From positions 64,001-128,000 of the forward strand of contig OZ242220.1 in assembly GCA_965206745.1 (NCBI GenBank): a stretch of 64,000 nucleotides of DNA. Direction: 5' to 3'. The notes beneath the pieces are model-generated. The model saw only the letters and a list, made by a program, of their open reading frames with translations, did not search any database and had not been told where the DNA came from. Shown here one piece after another: positions 56,367 to 64,000 of the stretch. The number at the start of each line of letters is the position of its first letter. The stretch's first letter is position 1. The translations under genes were made by a program, and so were the position numbers. The DNA comes from Nitrosopumilus sp. GTDB lineage: Archaea; Thermoproteota; Nitrososphaeria; Nitrososphaerales; Nitrosopumilaceae.

Positions 56367-56522
56367 TTGGAAAAGAAGAGGGAGATACCCATAGAAATTG
56401 ATGATCACTTTAAGCTTTTTGGAAAGGAACCGTGGGAGGTTGACTATGGCGAGAAATGCGCAGTATGCAACGTTCGCATTGACGAGTATGGTTTCTGTTC
56501 CTGCGGTTCTAGCGGGGACTAG
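56367..56522 (+). CDS. 51-aa zinc-finger-like protein (not in the ORF track)
   Basis: MEKKREIPIEIDDHFKLFGKEPWEVDYGEKCAVCNVRIDEYGFCSCGSSGD*, TTG start. Confidence 0.7.
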   Translation: MEKKREIPIEIDDHFKLFGKEPWEVDYGEKCAVCNVRIDEYGFCSCGSSGD

Positions 56523-56569
56523 ACTATTTTAAATCCTGACTGGGAATTTCCAATTTGCAGAATCCATGT

Positions 56570-57526
56570 TTAGTGTCCGATAGACCTGCCAGGCATCTCC
56601 TGACTTGTGCTTGCCCTCATTATACTTTCGCCGTTTAGAATGAATCTTCTGACTAGCGGGGCCATCAAGATTATTAAAAATCCGACTGCCAGCGGTGCAA
56701 TTATTGGGAATTCGGGCACGACAGTAGTTCCTATTATCGTGATCTCTCCTAAAGTATATGGTTTCATGATTACCCAAACATGAGTCCCGTTGCTGATCAA
56801 TTGATCAAAAAATATTTTTTGATCATCAAGAAATACCACATATGGCTCCCACAACAGTTCCTGAGGTATTACGGCAGTAACAAACTGTTCGCCGTCATTT
56901 ACCTTAAAGCTGATCTGTCTTGAGGGCTGATCAAACTCAAACCCTTCAATGCCTGCAAACGTCTGCACCTCCACTACAAACTCTTGGCCCTCCCAGCTGA
57001 CGCGCTCATGATATTTTGGCACATCAATCAGATACTCCAACACCATCTGGCACCCGTGACACCTGAAACTGTTATCCCCGTCTAGGGAAATTGGCTTTTG
57101 ATTTATGAATAATGATTCTGCCTCTTCAGGGATGGTAAAAACAGTTGTATGAACATATCTGAAATTCATTGTCCAAATATTATTTTTTAGCGCCAGTACA
57201 TCATCAAGGTTGTACCTTACAAACAATTCGCCCTGGTCTGGCAGGATGGAGACATAATCATCCCCCTCTGCAATCTCAACTGGTTTTTGTCTGCCTGATG
57301 CGTCTATAAACTCCAAATTAGAAATTGTGCCGTCCACCAGCTTCAACTGCCTCATCTCATTAGAGTCCCTAATTTGATGCACCACGACCACATCCCCTTC
57401 ACCATCAATTGTTACGTCAATCCGTTTCTGACTAATTACAGAGTTGGATTCGCTTTGGGCCTCTGCCTGTGGAACAGCCAAGACCACCGATACCATCAAA
57501 AGTCCTAGAATAATTTTAGAGTCCAT
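56570..57526 (-). CDS. exported protein with PEF-CTERM (archaeosortase-type) sorting signal
   Basis: Signal peptide; IIGTTVVPEFP followed by a TM helix and RR. Confidence 0.82.
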   Translation of the reverse strand: MDSKIILGLLMVSVVLAVPQAEAQSESNSVISQKRIDVTIDGEGDVVVVHQIRDSNEMRQLKLVDGTISNLEFIDASGRQKPVEIAEGDDYVSILPDQGELFVRYNLDDVLALKNNIWTMNFRYVHTTVFTIPEEAESLFINQKPISLDGDNSFRCHGCQMVLEYLIDVPKYHERVSWEGQEFVVEVQTFAGIEGFEFDQPSRQISFKVNDGEQFVTAVIPQELLWEPYVVFLDDQKIFFDQLISNGTHVWVIMKPYTLGEITIIGTTVVPEFPIIAPLAVGFLIILMAPLVRRFILNGESIMRASTSQEMPGRSIGH

Positions 57527-58003
57527 TTATTCCAACGTAACGTGAACCATCGATGTTTTTTCTAGCGGACAATCATTGCCATCCCTCTCAAGGCTGACAA
57601 TCTTGTCTGCTACATCCATTCCCTCTGTTACCTCTCCAAATACGGTATACTGCCTATCTAAAAATGCACTATCTGAAGTGACTATGAAAAACTGTGAACC
57701 TGCACTGTCCGGATCCTGCGATCTGGCCATGGAAACTATGCCCCGTAAATGGGATCTTGAACTGAATTCGGCCTTGATGTTGTATCCTGGTCCTCCCATT
57801 CCCCATGACCCTTTATTGTCCGTCTTTGTGTTGGGATCGCCCCCCTGAATCATAAATTTTGGTATGACCCTGTGAAAAAGAGTCCCATCATAAAACCCGT
57901 CTCTGGCCAACTTTTCAAAATTCCTTACAGTCTCTGGAGCCAATTCAGGTAGGAGTTTGAATGAAATCTTTCCCAAACTGGTTTCAATGCTTACTGTACC
58001 CAT
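57527..58003 (-). CDS. cyclophilin-type peptidyl-prolyl isomerase
   Basis: APETVRNF, FHRVIP.FMIQGGD, SMARS..PDSAGSQFFI, YTVFG. Confidence 0.96.
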   Translation of the reverse strand: MGTVSIETSLGKISFKLLPELAPETVRNFEKLARDGFYDGTLFHRVIPKFMIQGGDPNTKTDNKGSWGMGGPGYNIKAEFSSRSHLRGIVSMARSQDPDSAGSQFFIVTSDSAFLDRQYTVFGEVTEGMDVADKIVSLERDGNDCPLEKTSMVHVTLE

Positions 58004-58240
58004 CGAGTTGAATCTGCTGATACATCTTAATAGTCTTTTGCGGAGAGGACTTGGAATATTATTATAGATATTTTAACAATATTGAAAAATTCACAACTAT
58101 CTGTACGGTTTTCGTTAGAAAATTTATCTATGCAGACTATGTGAAATTTCCCATCCCTATAATCTGAATCCATTAGATGTGATAATTCTGAAATTCCAAA
58201 AGTTATAGTCTTATATAGAACAATTAAAATTTAGAATTTA

Positions 58241-58468
58241 TTGAATCGTACAAACCAAAGCACGGTAATTAAAGAAGCGATTAATTCTTATCTTGACAGA
58301 GGGGTAACTGACAAGCAGGATATCTACACCAAGGTAGTTGACGAACTCGGCGTTCCAAGACCAACCGTAAGAAGAGTCGCAAGAGATCTAAGAACCGAAC
58401 TATTGCAGAAAATCCAAATCTTACAGTCAGACATGCCAAAATCAACTACTACCGAAGAAGACGAATAA
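58241..58468 (+). CDS. small HTH-like hypothetical protein
   Basis: IYTKVVDELGVPRPTVRRVARDL; followed by an oligo-T tract. Confidence 0.7.
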   Translation: MNRTNQSTVIKEAINSYLDRGVTDKQDIYTKVVDELGVPRPTVRRVARDLRTELLQKIQILQSDMPKSTTTEEDE

Positions 58469-58551
58469 AGTCGGCTCTTTTTTTCTTTTTAATTATATTA
58501 TTTTATGATTTTCAGCATTACTATTATAAATAATGAAATTCTTAAATAATT

Positions 58552-59022
58552 ATGGGATATGCCGGCAACCATCTAGCCACAATAGTGACTGGCGTCTTTG
58601 CAGCAGTACTGACCGGACTCTGGCCTTTGTTTCTTGATTTTGCCCCCCTGCTCAACTTTATCTTCATCATGGCAGTCCCAATCACCTGGTTTATGACATT
58701 TACGTGTTGGATATCCCAAAAGAGTACGGATTACATGCATCATCACGCACCTGCCCATGTTGAAAAAAAAAGCTTGAGTGATACGCAGGTTGTCGAGACC
58801 TTGAGCACCGGCTCCCAAATTGGTCTTTCAGAGATAAAACAGATACAAGATGAGCTATCCCTTGAGCTAAACACTGTAAAAGAATCCGTCAAACTCAAAG
58901 ACAGCGAGATTGAGCGGTTGAATCAGGAAATTTCCAATCTTGAGACCCTCGTTCAGATAGAATCATTGAAATCCGAGTTGGCCAATCTCAAAATGCTTGC
59001 CTCCAAAAGAAAAACCAAGTAA
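58552..59022 (+). CDS. two-TM membrane protein with C-terminal coiled coil
   Basis: Hydrophobic N-terminus, heptad-rich C-terminus. Confidence 0.75.
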   Translation: MGYAGNHLATIVTGVFAAVLTGLWPLFLDFAPLLNFIFIMAVPITWFMTFTCWISQKSTDYMHHHAPAHVEKKSLSDTQVVETLSTGSQIGLSEIKQIQDELSLELNTVKESVKLKDSEIERLNQEISNLETLVQIESLKSELANLKMLASKRKTK

Positions 59023-59028
59023 ACGGTT

Positions 59029-59142
59029 CTAATCTTTGCAGTGGCAACAAGACTCGCCGTGGTTTTCCTTGCACCCCGGACAGCTGACTGCGCCTCCGAA
59101 ATGGCATTTGCATGAACACAACTCGGCAGGATCCTTTTCCAT
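59029..59142 (-). CDS. 37-aa metallothionein-like Cys/His-rich peptide (not in the ORF track)
   Basis: MEKDPAELCSCKCHFGGAVSCPGCKENHGESCCHCKD*, 8 Cys and 3 His. Confidence 0.6.
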   Translation of the reverse strand: MEKDPAELCSCKCHFGGAVSCPGCKENHGESCCHCKD

Positions 59143-59523
59143 ACTCAACGACACTCTTTTTACATCATGTTCATATTTACTCTTGCATTTGAAACGGAAT
59201 CCGTTATTCGGATATATTTAGTGACATGTTTTTTCCAAGACTAATTGTAATGTGGCAGATCTTGCCTAGTCCGAATGCCTCACTGCAGAAATTCATCTTA
59301 TAATCAATCAAATTATAATGCAATCATGATCTCCCAGATTCAGGGAATCAAAGTTTTTCATCTGTTTGAGAATTCTTACAAGATAAGCATATGCAAATCA
59401 CTACCATTGATTTTTCAAAGCTGGGATCAGCCATATCTGTTAATCAAACAAATCACATCCCCTGCAAACGTCTGTGGATAATTTTTGAAAACTATGTCAA
59501 TACTGAATTTTGATCAAATAAGA

Positions 59524-60054
59524 TTAATCCTGATGCAGTTTTGAAGCCATCTTTAGGGTTTCATCAACCATCTCTTCTAGTCTGTTTTTAGCATCCTCAT
59601 CACTCAGTGAAGTTTCAGTTATGGATTTCGTGGTTAAGAATACGGCCTTTGGGTTTGTAACTACTCTGAAATATGACATCAATTGTGTGACTAGTGTCTG
59701 CACGTTCATAAAGCTGATATTTCCTTCACCTAAAATTGCAATTCCTGCCACCTTGCCTGGGGTCTTCTTGTAGTCGATATATTCAAGCAGATTCTTTAAC
59801 GCCGAACTGAAAAATGAATTATAAACTGGCGAGCCTATCAACCATACATCTGCATCCGTGACGTCATTTGCGGCAGTTTTTGTTGCCTCATTATACTCTA
59901 CATCCGGTCCTCTGTAGTATTCAACTTGGGCCTCAGAGAGATTGATAAATTTTGTATCCTGGTTTTTTGATTTGGCATATTCAAAAACATGTTTCATTGC
60001 CACCTGCGTATTTGCGTTTTTTCTTGGACTGGCAGAAATGACAACAACTTTCAT
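59524..60054 (-). CDS. NADPH-dependent FMN reductase
   Basis: ISASPRKNANT, GSPVYN..FSSALKNLLE. Confidence 0.9.
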   Translation of the reverse strand: MKVVVISASPRKNANTQVAMKHVFEYAKSKNQDTKFINLSEAQVEYYRGPDVEYNEATKTAANDVTDADVWLIGSPVYNSFFSSALKNLLEYIDYKKTPGKVAGIAILGEGNISFMNVQTLVTQLMSYFRVVTNPKAVFLTTKSITETSLSDEDAKNRLEEMVDETLKMASKLHQD

Positions 60055-60105
60055 GTCCTTTACAATCTGCCTCTCTATTTAAATTCCCATAATGTGGAGA
60101 TTAAG

Positions 60106-60198
60106 CGGGCTTGGAGGGCTTCGATCCCTCGACCTGTAACTTAGGAGGCTACTGCGCTATCCATATTGCGCGTCAAACTGACTCTGCGCTACAAGCCC
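60106..60198 (-). tRNA. tRNA-Arg(CCT) with a ~19-nt non-canonical intron in the D-loop
   Basis: GGGCTTG/CAAGCCC acceptor stem, GTAGC-CTCCTAA-GTTAC anticodon arm; extra AGTCAGTTTGACGCGCAAT after G15. Confidence 0.9.
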
Positions 60199-60223
60199 AG
60201 TAAAAAAAAATATTCTTAATTAT

Positions 60224-60934
60224 TTAAGCGTAGTCAAGATTATCCTTGATCATGTCCTGAATTCCCCCCCAATCCTTGTTCTCCTTGTCATTCCATTTTT
60301 CAAAAAATACGACATCCCTCAGTTCCAGTCTGGATAGCCATCCCTTGGTTTCAAGATCCGGCTTTTCTGCAAATTCATCAACATGCCCCAGACACAAGTA
60401 TGCTACAGGTATGACGTGTCCGGGCAGATTCAAAGTCTCCTTTAGTGTCTCATTTGATAGGATGCTTACCCACCCGAGTCCTATCCCTTCAGCTCTAGCT
60501 GAGAGCCACAGATTTTGTATTGCACAGCATACGCTGTAGAGTCCCGCCTCTGGAATGCTTGACCTGCCAATTACAAACGGTCCAAATTTTGTTGGATCAT
60601 ACGTTACACAAAGATTGACCGGGGATTCCATGATGCCTTCGAGCTTGAACGAGAGATATTTTGATTTTTTCGGTTCCTCCACCAGCTGCGATGAGCGGGC
60701 CTTTTCTTCCTCAAAGGATTCCTTTATTCTCTTTTTTGTATCGGGATTTTTTATCAAAATAAAATTCCATGGCTGGGAGAATCCCACCGAGGGGGCATGG
60801 TGTGCGGCATTAAGAATTTTCGACAAGACAGCATCCTCTATCGGCTTTGGGACAAAGTGGGATCTTACATCCCTTCTCGAATAAATTGCCTTATAGAAGC
60901 CCCTTTTTTCCTCATCAGTAAAGTTCTCTGTCAT
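60224..60934 (-). CDS. bluB: 5,6-dimethylbenzimidazole synthase
   Basis: RRDVR.HF, APSVGFSQPW.F, KLEGI, YSVCCAIQNLWL.ARAEG.G.GWVSI. Confidence 0.92.
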   Translation of the reverse strand: MTENFTDEEKRGFYKAIYSRRDVRSHFVPKPIEDAVLSKILNAAHHAPSVGFSQPWNFILIKNPDTKKRIKESFEEEKARSSQLVEEPKKSKYLSFKLEGIMESPVNLCVTYDPTKFGPFVIGRSSIPEAGLYSVCCAIQNLWLSARAEGIGLGWVSILSNETLKETLNLPGHVIPVAYLCLGHVDEFAEKPDLETKGWLSRLELRDVVFFEKWNDKENKDWGGIQDMIKDNLDYA

Positions 60935-61003
60935 CTGTCTTGTATCACCTTTTCTTCTTTTGTTAAACGTTAATAATATCAATTATTTGATTTATTTTTC
61001 AAT

Positions 61004-61077
61004 GGGCCTGTAGTCTAGCTGGTTAGGATACCGCCTCGACATGGCGGTGATCATGAGTTCGAATCTCATTAGGCCCA
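61004..61077 (+). tRNA. tRNA-Val(GAC)
   Basis: GGGCCTG/TAGGCCC acceptor stem, CCGCC-TCGACAT-GGCGG anticodon arm, ATGAG-TTCGAAT-CTCAT T arm. Confidence 0.9.
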
Positions 61078-61081
61078 CTTT

Positions 61082-61582
61082 TCAATTAATAACCTGTGTC
61101 TTGAAATACTTGTCAGTCTCGCTCCACGAGGTCTGGGTGGTGATTCTTCCGTCGGTATAAAAGCTGGTGATTCTTTCGTTGATCGCATCCTCATAAGTTC
61201 TTGAGCTGATCTCGGATTTATCCAGTACGAATGTATTTTTCAGGGGAATCTCTGCACCTGAATAGAACAAGGCTCTTCCGGGAAGTGCAATATCTATTGT
61301 GGAGTACAGTCCGGAACCTAGCAGGTCATCATCGCCATACAGCTTATAGTCGATTAGTGCGACTGTCAATGTTTTGGCACTGGGATTCTTTACCAAAAAT
61401 GTGACCTCGAACTTTGCCTGGTCACTTGCCGTGTTTACATCTATTAGTTTTACACTCATCAGCTCGATCTCGACTTGGTCAAGTTCGATATTATCCAGAC
61501 TGGCATAGTAAACAATCCCTCCCATCAAGGCAAAAACTCCGATAATAGCCAGATACACTGTCATCTTGCTTTGGAGTGCCAT
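61082..61582 (-). CDS. membrane-anchored LEA-2-like hypothetical protein
   Basis: N-terminal TM; FLVKNPS...IDYKLY...LGSG. Confidence 0.65.
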   Translation of the reverse strand: MALQSKMTVYLAIIGVFALMGGIVYYASLDNIELDQVEIELMSVKLIDVNTASDQAKFEVTFLVKNPSAKTLTVALIDYKLYGDDDLLGSGLYSTIDIALPGRALFYSGAEIPLKNTFVLDKSEISSRTYEDAINERITSFYTDGRITTQTSWSETDKYFKTQVIN

Positions 61583-61663
61583 TTCATTGATTTGATATCT
61601 GGACAACTAAAAAAGGTTGTCAAGATCCAAATACATAATATTTGATTTAAAATATCACAAACC

Positions 61664-62161
61664 ATGACTGCAATGGAGCAAGCAATTATCACTTGGATTC
61701 ATCTTGTAGCAGCCGCAATATGGGTCGGAGGTTCCCTGTTCATTGGACTCGTGTTTTCCCCACTCTTGAAAACAATGACCAGCTCTGTTGAGGAACGCAT
61801 GCAGATTATGATTCGCGTCGGCAAGCGCTTCAACAAGATTGCCGTTCCGTCACTGATTGTCCTGATGGTTACAGGCCTGTACACCTCACAAGCGTTAATT
61901 GGAAGGCCTGATCTGCTTGTCTCTACAAGCTATGGGACATTTCTGATTATCAAAATAGCCCTGGTTGTTGCACTAATCGTTACATATGCCGTGCATGTCA
62001 GGGTGATTCGGAAGGACGTTGAGGAAAAAATCATGTCAAGCCAAATGTCAGAACCTGAGATTCAAAAACTGAGAAAAAAAATCATCATACTCGGAGAGAT
62101 AACAGTCGTCTTGTCTGTGGCAATTCTGTTCTTTGCATCGCTACTTGATGCAGGCGTCTGA
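61664..62161 (+). CDS. CopD-family membrane protein
   Basis: WIHLVAAAIWVGG, LMVTG, SYG..L.IK. Confidence 0.85.
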   Translation: MTAMEQAIITWIHLVAAAIWVGGSLFIGLVFSPLLKTMTSSVEERMQIMIRVGKRFNKIAVPSLIVLMVTGLYTSQALIGRPDLLVSTSYGTFLIIKIALVVALIVTYAVHVRVIRKDVEEKIMSSQMSEPEIQKLRKKIIILGEITVVLSVAILFFASLLDAGV

Positions 62162-63163
62162 TGCCCCCTCAATTATCACCTCAAACCCGTTACCCGTTCT
62201 TCCTATTCCATATCTGCAGCCTGTAATTTTTGATGTGACAAACAAGTTGGTCTCCAGGTGCTTTGTAATTTTTCTTACCTGAAAAACTGTCCTGCCACGA
62301 CTCAGGCCGGCTGGAACCACCAGCATGTCTGCCAAGTTATCATCAACTGAATGACTTTGAATAAAATTCCCGACATCCAGATCAAACCGGCCTGTCTTTT
62401 TGTCATACAGCGAGTCGGCCCCTGCTATCGAAGCATCATCGGCACTAAAAACCAGCAGCGATGCACCAGAATCTAGTGCCTCCTCGGATCTAATCTCCAC
62501 ATCTACACTATATCCTGCGTTGGTCAGCCTGTCTGCGATTTGATCCACACTGCCTTTGATTTCATCGTGTGCGAGTTTTGAAAATGAACAAACCAATCTT
62601 GCCTGCCTTGTACTTTGTTTTGAAAACGATGCTGGTTTTACACTGGACGGGTTTACCTGCAGTTCTATCTCCCCGCCGCCCCTGGGATAGTACCCACGCT
62701 TTATCAGTTTGAGTGAAAAATCAATTCCCATCCTTGAGTATGCCTCCCTTAGTACGTGCCGGGTATAGTCTGTCGTAGGACTCCAAGGCACGTCTGTTCC
62801 TCCCCTGATTCTCAAGCCAAGCCGTCTCTTTGACACTGCGACAACCGGAACCAGGACCTGCAAAATCAATGAGATGCTTCCGGCAGTACCCACATCCTCA
62901 ACCAAGTTCATGTCTTTAACATTGCCTGGAGTGAATCTTATCTCTTCAGATCCAATCTCCGCTCCAATCACCTTGGCATCTGCCACCTTTTGAAGAATTT
63001 TAATCGCCGTAAGGTGCTGCGGCCTCAGTCCGGGAGTCCTTCTATTCTTTCTGATGTTCTCCAAATGAATTGGCCGTCTTGTAATGCATGATAATGTGAT
63101 TGCTGAGCGGAGAATCTGTCCTCCACCCTCGCCATAGCCGCCGTTGATCCTTAGAAAATCCAT
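62141..63163 (-). CDS. rtcA: RNA 3'-terminal phosphate cyclase
   Basis: GEGGGQILRS, PGLRPQH, GTAGS, GGTDVPWSP, RGYYPRGGG, HLETN. Confidence 0.95.
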   Translation of the reverse strand: MDFLRINGGYGEGGGQILRSAITLSCITRRPIHLENIRKNRRTPGLRPQHLTAIKILQKVADAKVIGAEIGSEEIRFTPGNVKDMNLVEDVGTAGSISLILQVLVPVVAVSKRRLGLRIRGGTDVPWSPTTDYTRHVLREAYSRMGIDFSLKLIKRGYYPRGGGEIELQVNPSSVKPASFSKQSTRQARLVCSFSKLAHDEIKGSVDQIADRLTNAGYSVDVEIRSEEALDSGASLLVFSADDASIAGADSLYDKKTGRFDLDVGNFIQSHSVDDNLADMLVVPAGLSRGRTVFQVRKITKHLETNLFVTSKITGCRYGIGRTGNGFEVIIEGASDACIK

Positions 63164-63216
63164 GGTTTCCCCTTGGTTGCCACTCTTTATGATAGTTTTT
63201 TAAAAAGAGATCCTCC

Positions 63217-63720
63217 ATGGTATGTATGGACGGTCTGCTGATAGGAAGATTCCAGCCCTTTCATCTGGGCCATCTTCAGGCACTACAATTTGCACTATCA
63301 AAGGCAGACTGTCTGTGGGTGGGCCTGGGCAGCTCAAACAGACCTGTGGAAAGAGACAACCCGTTTACGGCCCAGCAAAGAAAGGAGATGATTCTAGCAT
63401 CCGTTGATGACTCCATCAGAGAGAGGATCTCCATTTACTTTATTCCGGATGTGGATAATCATGTCAGCTGGATAGAAAAGATAGATGCAATTGTCCCAAA
63501 GTTTGACATCGTCTTCTCCAATGATGATCTGACAAAGCATCTTTATTCAAAAAGAAGCGTTGAGGTACTCGCAATTCCTTTTTTAGACAGGGAGTCATTA
63601 TCCGGGACAAATATCCGCAACCTGATTGCCAGCGATCAGGATTGGAGGCATCTGGTTCCTGACGGCACTAGAAATTTTTTGGAGAAGACCGGTGCCAAGG
63701 ATCACCTGAAAGATCTCTAA
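63217..63720 (+). CDS. nadM: nicotinamide-nucleotide adenylyltransferase
   Basis: IGRFQPFHLGH, NPFTA, LSGT.IR, W..LVP. Confidence 0.93.
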   Translation: MVCMDGLLIGRFQPFHLGHLQALQFALSKADCLWVGLGSSNRPVERDNPFTAQQRKEMILASVDDSIRERISIYFIPDVDNHVSWIEKIDAIVPKFDIVFSNDDLTKHLYSKRSVEVLAIPFLDRESLSGTNIRNLIASDQDWRHLVPDGTRNFLEKTGAKDHLKDL

Positions 63721-63758
63721 TTATAAATAAACCCCATTCTCATCGGTGATAGATACGT

Positions 63759-64000
63759 ATGGAATATCTTTCAATGCTTCCCGGTCCAACCAACGTGCCT
63801 AACAGGGTGATGAGGGCGATGTTGGCACCGATCATCAATCACAGGAGCGATGATTTCGTACAGCTTTACACTGATGTGGTTGCAAAGACACAGCAGGTAT
63901 TTGAAACGCAGAATGACATTGTGGCCTTGTCGGCATCGGGGACAGGCGCAGTCGAGGCAGGCGTCGTAAATTTGGTTAAAAAGGGTGACAAGATAATCAT
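63759..64000 (+). CDS. class V aminotransferase (serine-pyruvate/alanine-glyoxylate type), N-terminal part
   Basis: MEYLSMLPGPTNVP.RV..AM....INHRS..F, SGTGAVEA. Confidence 0.9.
   Translation, partial: MEYLSMLPGPTNVPNRVMRAMLAPIINHRSDDFVQLYTDVVAKTQQVFETQNDIVALSASGTGAVEAGVVNLVKKGDKII

Noticed and set aside
226-63407. Numerous antisense or nested ORFs in the track (for example 226-669, 7452-8018, 9964-10632, 21359-22006, 27452-27919)
   Set aside because: They are shadow frames of well-supported genes, with Ser/Ile/Phe-rich antisense composition

Overview
This is a 64 kb window from an ammonia-oxidising archaeon (Nitrosopumilaceae-like; inferred from PCNA, PriS/PriL, Rpo11/TFS, an ESCRT-III/CdvB paralog, aconitase X, a PEF-CTERM protein, cobalamin genes and a D-loop-intron tRNA). 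Most of it is core genome: thrB, cysH-sat, nth, cbiT/L/F/H, bluB, glyS, tyrS, nfo, lysC, rtcA and three tRNAs. Four accessory stretches interrupt the core. (1) ~3160-5340: an atypical orotate PRTase beside an AT-rich protein with a degenerate TGT (tRNA-guanine transglycosylase)-like fold. (2) ~12780-18730: an AAA+/nuclease-fold gene whose putative promoter is amplified as five perfect 34-bp copies, plus duplicated promoter/gene stubs, orphan antitoxins and small repeats. (3) ~35620-36700: dprA beside tRNA-Gly. (4) ~44650-53300: a 1627-aa cadherin-like surface protein, a Fic gene with a duplicated 5' end, and a decayed TA-like pair. Two families of small dispersed repeats with imperfect inverted repeats (MITE-like; no transposase in the window) recur at the junctions of loci 2 and 4, next to duplicated promoters and truncated toxins. 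Other highlights are a ~200-nt structured ncRNA candidate, a MurI-like racemase with both catalytic Cys replaced by Ser, and an unlisted 37-aa metallothionein-like ORF. All family assignments were made by eye from motifs; no searches were run.
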